DNA of 64,000 nucleotides from Candidatus Latescibacterota bacterium (GTDB lineage Bacteria; Krumholzibacteriota; Krumholzibacteriia; WVZY01; JAKEHA01), in the NCBI GenBank assembly GCA_963707635.1, contig OY970173.1:2240001-2304000 (forward strand), read 5' to 3'. This document shows, in pieces, positions 25,753 to 35,257 of the stretch (its first letter is position 1; each line of letters begins with the position of its first letter). The position numbers and the translations under genes were made by a program. Below the pieces are notes generated by a model. The model did no database searches, was not told where the DNA came from, and saw only the letters and a list, made by a program, of their open reading frames with translations.

Positions 25753-27582
25753 TCAATCGAACAGCGTCCATTCGATACCGTACACGAACGTGGCGGGCGT
25801 CATCAAGTAGTCGCCCTCGGTGCGATACGCTTCGTCGAGAACGTTGAGATACTTCAGATAGAGACGGACGTCGAGCAGCCGTCCCTCCAGGATCAGGTTG
25901 AGCACGTCGAACGACGGCAGTGGGTCGCCGCCGAAGTCCACGCGGTCGTCGACGTGCACGAATTCGGCGCCCCCGTACAGCGCGCTGGTCTTTTCGAACA
26001 TCTCGCCCCCGATGAGCGCGCTCGCCGTGCCCATCAACTCGGGAACCGATGCAAACGCCTCTTCGCGGTCGCCCGTCGAATAGAGCAACGACGCACCGGC
26101 GCGAACCCGCAAACCGCCCAGCGCGAACTCCGCCCGCGCGCGCTCCTCGACGAAACTCATCGCGCGGCTGTCGCCGGCATTCGCCGCCACCCGCCAGGTC
26201 TCCGACCCGACCGCCCGCGGCCGAAACGCGACCGCGTCCACGCTCCGAATCCACGCCACGCGCACCCGGTTGGTGACCCCGCGTCCCCCGACCTCCCAGT
26301 CCAGGCTCGCCTCCCACGCCGACTCCGGGTCCACACCCGTGTCGCCGGCCAGCGTGCGGCCGTCGCGAACGTGCGGCGGCAGGTAGCGCTCGCCGAGATT
26401 CGGCATTCGAAACGAGCGCCGGGCTGTCACCGTGAATTCGTTCGCCCCGGCGTCGCGTCCGAGCACGGCCGAGGCGCCCCACGCGAACGCGTCGTCGTCT
26501 CCGGCCACCGACGCGTCGGCGGCGAACCAGGTCGCGCGGTCGGCTCGCCAGCGTGCGGCGCCGGTGAGCGTCGCCTGCGTCAACGATGCGTCCACCTCGT
26601 CGCCCACGTCCATGGTGGCGCGCGTGCGCTCGACGCGCGCGACCATCGTCACCCGCGTACCCGGCGTGGCGTCGGCGTCCCAGCCCACGATCCCGCCGAC
26701 GGTCTCGTTGACCGATTGGGAGTCCGGCGCGCTGGCGGTGTACCCGCGGCCGTACGCGGCCACGCGCGCATTCGCGACACGCGTGTCGAGCCACAGCAGG
26801 TGGCCGTCGTGCGTCGCCTGGTTGGTCGCACTCGCGAGATCCCCGGTCGTGTTGCTGCGAAACCGGCGCAGCCCGAACGAATAGCTCGCGTCGTCACCCG
26901 GCGTCCCGCGCAGCACGATCGCCCCGTTGCGCGAGTTGGCCTCCCCGTAGTTCGGCCCATCGGCCACGGTGCCGCTCGCGTCGAACGCGTACCCGTCGTC
27001 CAGCACTTCGTCGTAGGCCAGGTCGAGCCCCACCACGCCCTCCTCGGACGAAAAGCGGACGCGGCGCTGGCGCACGTCGTTGGTGCCCTTCGACAGCTCG
27101 ACGAACGTGTTCGGACGGGATGCCGGCGGCGGCTCCTCCTCCAGCCGGAGGTCTCCCTCCAGCCACGGCGGCGCGGCAAATCGCGCCGCCTCGCCGGCGT
27201 TCAGCCGCCCGAGCCCGCTGGTGGCGGTGTGCGCGAGCGGCGCGAGATCGTTCTGCGGGTCGTTGAGCAGAATCCCGTTCAGGAACAGGCGCGCGCGGCC
27301 GCGGCCGATTCCCCAGCGCGAGTACCACGCGTCGAACCCGATCGGGCCCGGGCGGACGAGGATTCCGCCCGGCTCGGCCTCCAGGAAATTGTCGAGTGAG
27401 AACGCGTGCCGCCGCAGATAGTCGACGCGCGGGATGGTGTCTAGCACGCTGGAGCGGCGGAGCGGGTCGTTCGCACCGGGCGGACCCGCCCCCAGCGACG
27501 CGCGCGTCCACGCCACCGCGGCGAGCACCACCAGGCACGCCACCCGGGCTCGCACCGCCTTGCCACTGACGGGGCGGCTCAT
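25753..27582 (-). CDS. Outer-membrane beta-barrel, TonB-dependent receptor-like
   Basis: Signal peptide, plug-like segment (LFLNGILLNDP), R.PN..E.Y...LDPESAW, C-terminal NVLDEAY...FVYGIEWTLFD. Confidence 0.65.
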   Translation of the reverse strand: MSRPVSGKAVRARVACLVVLAAVAWTRASLGAGPPGANDPLRRSSVLDTIPRVDYLRRHAFSLDNFLEAEPGGILVRPGPIGFDAWYSRWGIGRGRARLFLNGILLNDPQNDLAPLAHTATSGLGRLNAGEAARFAAPPWLEGDLRLEEEPPPASRPNTFVELSKGTNDVRQRRVRFSSEEGVVGLDLAYDEVLDDGYAFDASGTVADGPNYGEANSRNGAIVLRGTPGDDASYSFGLRRFRSNTTGDLASATNQATHDGHLLWLDTRVANARVAAYGRGYTASAPDSQSVNETVGGIVGWDADATPGTRVTMVARVERTRATMDVGDEVDASLTQATLTGAARWRADRATWFAADASVAGDDDAFAWGASAVLGRDAGANEFTVTARRSFRMPNLGERYLPPHVRDGRTLAGDTGVDPESAWEASLDWEVGGRGVTNRVRVAWIRSVDAVAFRPRAVGSETWRVAANAGDSRAMSFVEERARAEFALGGLRVRAGASLLYSTGDREEAFASVPELMGTASALIGGEMFEKTSALYGGAEFVHVDDRVDFGGDPLPSFDVLNLILEGRLLDVRLYLKYLNVLDEAYRTEGDYLMTPATFVYGIEWTLFD

Positions 27583-28121
27583 CGGCCCGCGAGCTCGCGA
27601 CGGTGTCGCGCCAGCACGCGCAGCGTGGGCGGGAGCACCGCGCCGAAGAGCACCGCGTTCCACGCCAGCTGCACGGCGGCGAATCCCACTCCACCCCACA
27701 CGTAGGTCCACAGCGGAACCCCGCTCGCGAAGGTCAAGAACGAGACCGTGTTCACGACCAGCTGGTAGACGATCACCGCGCCCGCGCCGGCAACGGCCGA
27801 CAGCGCCGCGGCGGCGGCGCGCGAGCGCAGACCTGCCAGCGCGGGCCCCACAACCGCCCCCGCGCACCCGATGGCCCCGTAGCAGACCATCTGCGCGAGC
27901 CACACGGGTGGCGGCGCGGCGCCCATCAGGTTGAACAGCGAGTGCGCCCCCATGCCGCACGCCCCGACCAGCATCCCCACCCACGGGCCGAGCAGGTAAC
28001 CGGATACAAAGGAGAGAAAGGTGACCGTTTCGACATTGGGGACAGCCGCCAGGGCTTGACCGGTCGCGAAGATCAGCGCGGTCAGCAGGCTGGCAAGTAG
28101 GGTGACGCGGGTGGCTCTCAT
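27579..28121 (-). CDS. ECF transporter S component (CbrT/BtuM-like, possibly cobalamin)
   Basis: 180 aa, very hydrophobic; AVPNVETVT...GYLLGPWVG motif; TGA/ATG overlap with the barrel gene. Confidence 0.75.
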   Translation of the reverse strand: MRATRVTLLASLLTALIFATGQALAAVPNVETVTFLSFVSGYLLGPWVGMLVGACGMGAHSLFNLMGAAPPPVWLAQMVCYGAIGCAGAVVGPALAGLRSRAAAAALSAVAGAGAVIVYQLVVNTVSFLTFASGVPLWTYVWGGVGFAAVQLAWNAVLFGAVLPPTLRVLARHRRELAGR

Positions 28122-28152
28122 CGCGACGGCGCGCGCGAACGCGCGCTTCGGG

Positions 28153-28181
28153 ATGCTATCGACCACCCCGGTGCCGGTCAA
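28153..28181 (-). promoter_or_regulatory. Sigma-70 promoter for ECF-S / receptor / comEA
   Basis: TTGACC-17nt-TAGCAT. Confidence 0.65.
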
Positions 28182-30658
28182 CGAATAACCGAGAAGCGGC
28201 CGCTGACGCGGCTCGCCCCGCTGGACACGCGCACGAAGTAGATGCCGGAGCTGGGAGGCGTGCGCACGACCACCACGTTGGTGCCGCGCGTGAGCCAGGC
28301 GGAGTCCTCGGCCACGCGCCGGCCCGCCACGTCGTAGACCTCGATCGACGCGCGTGTATCCCCGGGTGACTCCACCACCAGCCGGGCAGCGTCGCGCGCG
28401 GGGTTGGGGTAGATGCGATCGAGCCGGAGTGCAACCGCCGGTGTGCTCGCGCGCACCGTCTCTTCCCACAGCACGCGGGCGTTGGTCTCGTCGGTCAGGC
28501 GATACACGGCGGCGGCGACCGGCATGCGGTCGCGCGCTGAAAATCGCCACTCGCCCGCGACGCTGTCCAGCGCGAGGGTCACCGGCGCAACGCCGGCGGC
28601 GTCGATGCGCGAAAGCGAAAGCGTTTCGTGTTCGTAGTTCGCCAGCGCGCCCTGGATCACCACCTCGTCCCCGTCGATCGCCACGCTCGCGTTCGTCACC
28701 CACAGCGGGGTGAGATCGACGTCGAACAGCGCGATGATGTCGCCGATATAAGCGGTCCGCGTGCTGCCGCCGACACCGGTCGACCCCCCGAGGAGCACGG
28801 TGCTCATCACGAGCGCCGACGCGCCGGTCACGTTCGCGGTGGCGCGAACCGTCCCCGTCCCATCCTCGAGCAGCGCGGACGCGCTGCCGGGAATGAGCAC
28901 ACCCACCAGGCTGTCCGGGTTCCCCGGGTCGTAGGAAAAGGCATGATCGCCGGCGAGGCCGACCGTGCTCCACGAGGAGAGATTTCCCGTCGCGGCGCCG
29001 GGCGCGAACTGGACCCCGAACCGGTCCCAGAACGCCTGCTGCACCGGGTCGCCCGCGGCCAGCAGCCCGCCGAGGCGGCTCCCTTCCACGTACACGTCCC
29101 CGCCCGTGTCGATGAATCCCATGAGGGCCTGCAGCACGTCGGTCGACAGCGTGACGCCGGCGTCGTCGAAGCCGCCGACCACGAACACGCCCACGCATCC
29201 GCCGAGGCCCTCCGGAATCGTGTCGCTCACGACCACCGTCGCGCCGTTTTCGCGCAACGCGCCGGCGATCGGAGCTTCTTCGCCGTCGCGCGCCGCGAAC
29301 TCGTCGCCGACCCCGTCGAACGGGGCGCGGCACCCGTCCCGGTCCAGAACCAGCACCCACGCGCCCGGCGGAACCGGCGACCGTTCGAAGTCCGCACCCA
29401 GCGCGAACAGATTCGAGCTCGCCCCCTTGCTCACCTGATACACGACCAGCATCGAGTCGCACTGGCCCCAGTCGGCGATGGTGAGCGTGTCCTCGGGCGA
29501 AAGCGCGGGATACGACGTCGTGGCGGTGGTGCGGGACGCTCCCCGGAAGCGCATCACCGTGACCATCGAGGTCGCGAAGGGGTCGGGCACGACGCGCAAC
29601 CGCATCGCGTCGGTGTGGCCGTCGCCGTCGAAAAAGAAATAGTTCGCCCCCAGTTCGGCGGGGGGTTGACCGGAGAGATGGAGCTGGAACGGGTAACAGT
29701 CGCTGCGCTTCTCGCACGTGACCTCGCGGTAGGTCGCGCCGCGCGCATAGTGCGCGCCGTCGTCGCGTCTCCCCGTGAAGTAGTTGAACGTCCCGAATTC
29801 GACGAACTCCTCCAGGAAGGAGGTGTGGGCGGTCGCGGCCAGTGCCCCGTCGAATGCCTGCTGCGGGTTCGGGCCCGGGACGGCGGCGCCGTGCACCAGC
29901 GCCTCGCGCAGGATGGCGTCCCCGTGGCGCTCGGCCATGAAGATGGCCCACGGCGAGTTGGTGTAGAACTGGCTGAAGAGCCCGCGCCAGGGCCAGCGGA
30001 AGAACAGCTGCAGCGTCGCGATGTTCAGATGATAGTTGTACACCCGATCTTCCACCCAGGTGGACAGCATCTCCAGCATGCTGACACTCTCGTCGCGGTC
30101 GTAGCCCACCTGGATCACGTGATAGAACTCGTGGGCCGCGACGATGCGGCGACGCTCGACCCCCAGCGTGTCGAGGACCTCGACCCACGCCGTGGCGGAA
30201 TTCGCGTATGGAGCGCCGGTGACGGTTTCGATGACCGTGCGCCCGTAGATGCCGGATCCGATCTGTTCGGGCGTGCGCAGGTAGATGTCGGTACGCGCGT
30301 CGCCGCCCTCGGCCCCGTCCGAAGGAGGAACGAGGTGGCCGATGGTGTCGACCAGCACGCGGTATGTCAGTTCCGACGCGTCGCTGATGTCCTGAGCGTA
30401 GGCGGCGAGACCCGGGACGCTGTAGTGGACCAGAAAGTGGGTGGAGGCAATCGTGTTCGGGCCGGGGACCGGACGCACCAGCACCGTCGTGGAGGTCTTG
30501 AGCGCCGCCCCGAGCCCCTGCGCGAACCCGCACTGCGACTCCTGTCCCGGCAACGGAGTCAAAGGCGACTCGCCGTACCCGGCTGCCTGCGCCGGCCGCA
30601 CGAAATCGGTGCCGGGGAACATGGCGGCCAGCATCAGCGCGGTCAGCAGGTGTCGCAT
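28178..30658 (-). CDS. Secreted zinc metalloprotease (MXAN_6640-like) with T9SS type-A-like C-terminal sorting domain
   Basis: Signal peptide; HFLVHY, DGAEGGDARTDIY, AHEFYHVIQ..E; C-terminal YPNP...VYDVAGRRV...SGIYFVRV. Confidence 0.8.
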   Translation of the reverse strand: MRHLLTALMLAAMFPGTDFVRPAQAAGYGESPLTPLPGQESQCGFAQGLGAALKTSTTVLVRPVPGPNTIASTHFLVHYSVPGLAAYAQDISDASELTYRVLVDTIGHLVPPSDGAEGGDARTDIYLRTPEQIGSGIYGRTVIETVTGAPYANSATAWVEVLDTLGVERRRIVAAHEFYHVIQVGYDRDESVSMLEMLSTWVEDRVYNYHLNIATLQLFFRWPWRGLFSQFYTNSPWAIFMAERHGDAILREALVHGAAVPGPNPQQAFDGALAATAHTSFLEEFVEFGTFNYFTGRRDDGAHYARGATYREVTCEKRSDCYPFQLHLSGQPPAELGANYFFFDGDGHTDAMRLRVVPDPFATSMVTVMRFRGASRTTATTSYPALSPEDTLTIADWGQCDSMLVVYQVSKGASSNLFALGADFERSPVPPGAWVLVLDRDGCRAPFDGVGDEFAARDGEEAPIAGALRENGATVVVSDTIPEGLGGCVGVFVVGGFDDAGVTLSTDVLQALMGFIDTGGDVYVEGSRLGGLLAAGDPVQQAFWDRFGVQFAPGAATGNLSSWSTVGLAGDHAFSYDPGNPDSLVGVLIPGSASALLEDGTGTVRATANVTGASALVMSTVLLGGSTGVGGSTRTAYIGDIIALFDVDLTPLWVTNASVAIDGDEVVIQGALANYEHETLSLSRIDAAGVAPVTLALDSVAGEWRFSARDRMPVAAAVYRLTDETNARVLWEETVRASTPAVALRLDRIYPNPARDAARLVVESPGDTRASIEVYDVAGRRVAEDSAWLTRGTNVVVVRTPPSSGIYFVRVSSGASRVSGRFSVIR

Positions 30659-30723
30659 ACTGGACTACGAGGGGCGGGTGCCGTTTCGGGCACCCGTGGG
30701 GGGCGGCGGGGCCGTCATCGACA

Positions 30724-30753
30724 ATAATACGGGGGTGCGCAGCGCGCCGTAAA
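30724..30753 (-). promoter_or_regulatory. Candidate sigma-70 promoter for the metalloprotease
   Basis: TTTACG-18nt-TATTAT; leader contains a GAAA-loop hairpin at 30675-30696. Confidence 0.5.
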
Positions 30754-30769
30754 GACGAATCTGGGGCGG

Positions 30770-32254
30770 TCAGGAGCCGTTCGAAAGTTTGCGGATCTTG
30801 TCGGCAACCTCACGGAAGGTGACGTCCACCACGTAGACGTCCTCGAAGAACCGGCGCGCGTTGTCGGCGTCCCCCGCCATTTCGTACGCGAGGGCGAGGT
30901 TGTACTTGATGCCGAGCGAATCCTCCGTTTCGGCACCGATCAGCGACAGCCCCTTGCTCAACTGACGAATCGCGAGCTGCGCCTGGTTCTGTTTGACGAA
31001 GCACAGGCCGATCATCTCCAGGCACTTCACCTGGTACTGGGGCGAACGGGACGCCATCTGGTACTCGCGGATCGCTTCGGACAGGAGATCCATTTCGAGA
31101 TACGCCATGCCGAGATCGTAGTGGCTGCGATAGTCCGCTTCCGTGTCGCCGCTCCCTCCGTCGTCGTCGAGCAACGCCGAGATCTGCATCTCTGCGCCAC
31201 CGCCCGACGAGGAGCCGGTGTCGCGCCTGGGTGCCGCCCGCTCGGGGGCCGCAGTCGCACGCGTCTCCGTCGCGACCGTGACTTCGTCGGCGGCGTCGTC
31301 CTCCTCCGCCGCCGGCGCGGCGGGAGGCGCGGTCGCCGGCGCGGGGGGCGCGGCGGTACTCGCGGCTGCCGGCGACGGCGGCTCCGCCTTCGCCGCGGCG
31401 GCCGCCGGACGGGGCTCGGCCGACCCGCGCGCGAGCCGAAGGAGATAGAGGTCGCGTTCCGAGGGGCCGTCGGGGGCCGCACCGGCGGGCTGTGGAGCCG
31501 GTGCGGCCGAGGTCGACGACGGCTGGAAACGCGGCGTGGATTCGATTTCGATGCGCTCGCCCTGCGAGTGCGCCTGGGTCCAGATGTTCGCCTCGGTGAT
31601 GACGGCTCCGTCGCGGCCGTTGTCCTTCCCGCGCGCGGAGAGGATGGCGTCCAGCTGCTGACCGAAGCCGAGACGGTCGATCATCGCGCGGGTGGCCTCG
31701 ATGCCGCCCGCGTCGCGGAGCTTCTCGTTGAGGTGGTAGAGCGTCATCAGGATTTTGCCCGCCTCCTCGTTGAGGCCGTAGCCCACGAGTGCCTGCGCGA
31801 GCCGCTGCAGCACCGCCGGAGAGTCCTTCATCTCCTCGGCGATCGGGACGGCCAGGCGCGCGAATTCTGCCGGATCGAAACTACTCCCGGCCTTGTCGAG
31901 GAACTGGAGATAGTACGACTCCGCTTCTTTCCCCAGCCCCTGGCGGGCGCGGACGTAACCGAGCTTGGTGAACACTTCGACGCGCGCCGGGAGCACGCGC
32001 AGCATTTTCTTGCACACGGCGACGGCGTTGTTGTGGAGTCCGACCCGCGTGTACTCGTCGACCGCGCGCACGAAGCTGTCGTACGCGTCCGGCTTCTGAT
32101 TGGTCTTGAGGTAGAGATCCGCGAGCTCGTTGTGAACGTTCGGGTTGTTCTGGTCCAGCTCGACGAGGCGCTTGTACTCCTTGATCGCGTTCGGCCAGTC
32201 CTGGTCTCGAACGAGATCGAGCGCGCGCTTGCGGATGATCGTTGCCTTGCTCAC
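30770..32254 (-). CDS. Cytoplasmic TPR protein, SgmX-like / FimV-C-like architecture
   Basis: N-terminal TPRs, Ala/Pro/acidic linker, C-terminal SHYDLGMAYLEMDLLSEAIREY...KYNLALAYE...FREVADKI. Confidence 0.75.
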   Translation of the reverse strand: MSKATIIRKRALDLVRDQDWPNAIKEYKRLVELDQNNPNVHNELADLYLKTNQKPDAYDSFVRAVDEYTRVGLHNNAVAVCKKMLRVLPARVEVFTKLGYVRARQGLGKEAESYYLQFLDKAGSSFDPAEFARLAVPIAEEMKDSPAVLQRLAQALVGYGLNEEAGKILMTLYHLNEKLRDAGGIEATRAMIDRLGFGQQLDAILSARGKDNGRDGAVITEANIWTQAHSQGERIEIESTPRFQPSSTSAAPAPQPAGAAPDGPSERDLYLLRLARGSAEPRPAAAAAKAEPPSPAAASTAAPPAPATAPPAAPAAEEDDAADEVTVATETRATAAPERAAPRRDTGSSSGGGAEMQISALLDDDGGSGDTEADYRSHYDLGMAYLEMDLLSEAIREYQMASRSPQYQVKCLEMIGLCFVKQNQAQLAIRQLSKGLSLIGAETEDSLGIKYNLALAYEMAGDADNARRFFEDVYVVDVTFREVADKIRKLSNGS

Positions 32255-32270
32255 GTCGTTCCCCGCTTCG

Positions 32271-33560
32271 TCATGCCGCACGACCGGCGGGCTTCCATTC
32301 GCGCCCGCCGACGAACACCCGGTCCACGGGATTGACACCGAAGTGGTTCGCCACTTCGCGATAGTCTTCGCAGCGCAGCACCAGAAAATCGGCGCGCTTG
32401 CCCGGCTCCAGGCTGCCCACTTCGTGCTCACGACCGAGCACGAACGCCGGGTTCGAGGTCGCCATGGCGAACGCTTCCGCCGGCGAGAGCCGCATGTGCG
32501 AGCAGGCGATCGCGATCATCATGGGCATCGACTCCGAGGTCGAGCTGCCCGGGTTGAAATCGGTGGCGACGGCGAGACGCATGCCGCGCTCGATCATCCT
32601 TCGCGCCGGCGCGAACTCGAGCGACGGCAGTCCGAAGCTCGTCCCCGGCAGGAGGACGCCGAATACGCCGGCGGTCGCCATACGATCGATTCCCGTGTCA
32701 CTGATCTTTTTCAGGTGGTCGGCCGAAACCGCGCCGATTTCCGCGGCCAGTGCAGCCGCCCCCGTGTCCGTCAACTCGTCGGCGTGGATCCGGGCCTTCA
32801 GCCCAGCCCGAGCCCCGGACCGCAAGATTCGTTCCGTTTCTTCCCTTGAGAACGCTCCGACTTCGCAGAATACGTCGTTGAACTCGGCGAGGCCCTGTTG
32901 TGCCACCGCCGGAATCATCTCCCGGATCAACCGCTCGACGTAGTCCTGCCGCGAAGATTGGTACTCCGGGGGGACCGCGTGTGCGCCGAGGAAGGTGGCG
33001 ACGATGGTCACCGGATAGACCGAAGCGAGCCGGCGGATCACGCGAAGCTGCTTCATCTCATGCTCGAGGTCAAGGCCGTAACCACTTTTGATTTCAATTG
33101 TTGTAGTCCCGTACCGAATCGCATTCTCCAGCCGGCTGGCGCTGGCGGCGAACAGCGCGTCCTCGGAAGTTTCGCGCAGATGCTCGACGCTTTTTGCGAT
33201 CCCCCCGCCGCGGGCGGCAATCTCCGCATAGGGCGTTCCAGCTACCCGCCATTCGTACTCGTCGAGGCGATAACGAGCAAAAACCAGGTGGGTGTGGCAG
33301 TCGACGAACCCGGGGGTCACCACCGCCCCGCCCGCATCGATGACGGTACACCCCGGCGCCGGGGTGACCGCGCGCAGGACGGCTTCTCGGGGCCCCGCAG
33401 CCAGCACGCGGCCGCCGGCCGCGGCGAGCGCGCCGTCGGCGACGATCGCGAGCTCCCGCAAGCCGGTGCCGGTCCGGGGCTTGCCGTCGGGGGTCGCCAG
33501 GGTTAACAGCTGGCCGCAGCCGGTGACGATCAGGTCGGCCGGTGGAGTCGTGGGAGTCAT
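32271..33560 (-). CDS. hutI: Imidazolonepropionase
   Basis: PGFVDCHTH, EIKSGYGL, FLGAH, DVFCE, HADE, SADH, ATDFNPG. Confidence 0.96.
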   Translation of the reverse strand: MTPTTPPADLIVTGCGQLLTLATPDGKPRTGTGLRELAIVADGALAAAGGRVLAAGPREAVLRAVTPAPGCTVIDAGGAVVTPGFVDCHTHLVFARYRLDEYEWRVAGTPYAEIAARGGGIAKSVEHLRETSEDALFAASASRLENAIRYGTTTIEIKSGYGLDLEHEMKQLRVIRRLASVYPVTIVATFLGAHAVPPEYQSSRQDYVERLIREMIPAVAQQGLAEFNDVFCEVGAFSREETERILRSGARAGLKARIHADELTDTGAAALAAEIGAVSADHLKKISDTGIDRMATAGVFGVLLPGTSFGLPSLEFAPARRMIERGMRLAVATDFNPGSSTSESMPMMIAIACSHMRLSPAEAFAMATSNPAFVLGREHEVGSLEPGKRADFLVLRCEDYREVANHFGVNPVDRVFVGGREWKPAGRAA

Positions 33561-33579
33561 GGCGGGTCGACCGTGGGAG

Positions 33580-35242
33580 TCAGCGCGGCCGCATCGGAAT
33601 GCGCACGCCGTCGCGGCGCGCGGCCTCGATGGCGAGTGGATAGCCGGCATCCGCGTGCCGGGCGATGCCCATCCCGGGGTCGCCGGTCAGACAACGGACC
33701 GCTTTCCGGCCCGCCTCGTCCGTCCCGTCGACCACCACCGCGAGTCCGGCGTGGATCGACAGCCCCATGCCCACGCCACCACCGTGGTGCACGGACACCC
33801 ACGCGGCTCCGTTGACGGCGTTCAAGAGCGCGTTCAAGATCGGCCAGTCGGCGACGGCATCGCTCCCGTCGCGCATCGCTTCCGTCTCGCGATACGGACT
33901 CGCGACGGATCCGCTGTCGAGATGGTCGCGGCCGATGACGACCGGCGCACCCACGCGTCCTTTCGCCACCAGGTCGTTGAGGCGCTCGCCGAAACGGGCA
34001 CGCTCGCCGTACTTGAGCCAGCAGATGCGCGCGGGCAGACCCTGGAACTGCACGCGCTCGCGCGCCAGCGCGATCCAGCGCGCCAGCGACGGGTTGGCGG
34101 GAAACAACTCGAGCACGAGATCGTCCGTGGCCGCGATGTCCTTCGCGTCGCCCGAGAGTGCCACCCAGCGGAACGGGCCGTATCCCTCGCAGAACAGCGG
34201 GCGGATGTACGCGGGTACGAATCCGGGGAACGCGAACGCGTCCGGATATCCCGCCTTCGCGGCCTGCCCGCGGATGTTGTTGCCGTAGTCGAACACCGCC
34301 GCCCCCGCGCGCTTGAACCCGACCATCGCCTCGACGTGCGCCACCATCGACTCGTACGCGCGCTCGACGTAGCGCTTCGGGTCGGTGCGGCGCAGCTCGG
34401 TCGCCGCCGCCACGTCCAGCCCGCGCGGCACGTACCCGTTGAGCGGGTCGTGCGCGGAGGTCTGGTCGGTGACCACGTCGACGTCGACGCCGCGCGCGAG
34501 CAACTCCGGAAACACATCAGCCGCGTTCCCGCACAGTCCGATGGAGAGCGGCCGGCCCGCCCGCTTGGCCGCCGTCGCCTGGCGCACCGCTTCGTCGACG
34601 TCGTCGACCATCACGTCCAGATAGCGCGTCTCGAGGCGCTTGCGGATGCGCGCCGGATCCACCTCGACCGCGATCACCACCCCTTCGTTCATCGTCACCG
34701 ACAGGGGCTGCGCGCCACCCATTCCTCCCAACCCCCCGGTCAGGACCAGGCGGCCGCGCAGCGAGCCCTGGAATTCCTGCCGCGCGCAGGCCGCGAAGGT
34801 CTCGAACGTGCCCTGCAGGATGCCCTGCGTGCCGATGTACATCCAGCTCCCGGCCGTCATCTGGCCGTACATCATCAGCCCCTTGGACTCGAGCTCCCAG
34901 AAGTGCTCCCACGTCGCCCACGCGGGAACCAGGAGCGAATTCGCGATCAGCACGCGCGGGGCGCCGGGGTGGGTGGGAAACACGGCGACCGGTTTTCCCG
35001 ACTGGACCAGCAGGGTCTCGTCGTCGCGAAGCTCGCGCAGGGTATCCACGATGGCGTGGAACGACTCCCAGTCGCGCGCCGCCTTCCCGCGCCCGCCGTA
35101 CACCACCAGGTTGGCGGGGTCTTCGCCGACGTCGTTGTCGAGGTTGTTGCACAGCATCCGCAGCGCCGCCTCCTGCGCCCATCCCTTGCACTGGAGGTCG
35201 CGCCCGCGCGGCGCTCGAATGTCACCCGGTAGTGAATCGCAT
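33580..35242 (-). CDS. hutU: Urocanate hydratase; the SD-led ATG is out of frame and needs a +1 shift at 35227-35222
   Basis: [60 protein letters not shown]. Confidence 0.93.
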
Positions 35243-35257
35243 GGTTCTCCCCGCCGT

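Noticed and set aside
28122..28152. Cobalamin riboswitch upstream of the ECF S-component
   Set aside because: Leader is only about 25 nt with a simple GC hairpin; no B12-box
27579..30533. 984-aa ORF and other over-extended ORFs (1202-1870, 13763-14725, 23317-25365, 42960-44591, 43733-45502, 50950-53271, 61729-63456)
   Set aside because: Only the C-terminal parts are real; the extensions overlap upstream genes in another frame, so starts were reassigned
30660..30720. c-di-GMP riboswitch in the protease leader (GAAA-loop hairpin)
   Set aside because: Single hairpin only; lacks the GCAAA junctions and second stem of the class I motif
32800..33300. Locally lower GC inside hutI
   Set aside because: Frame and motifs are intact, with no boundary repeats or other sign of insertion
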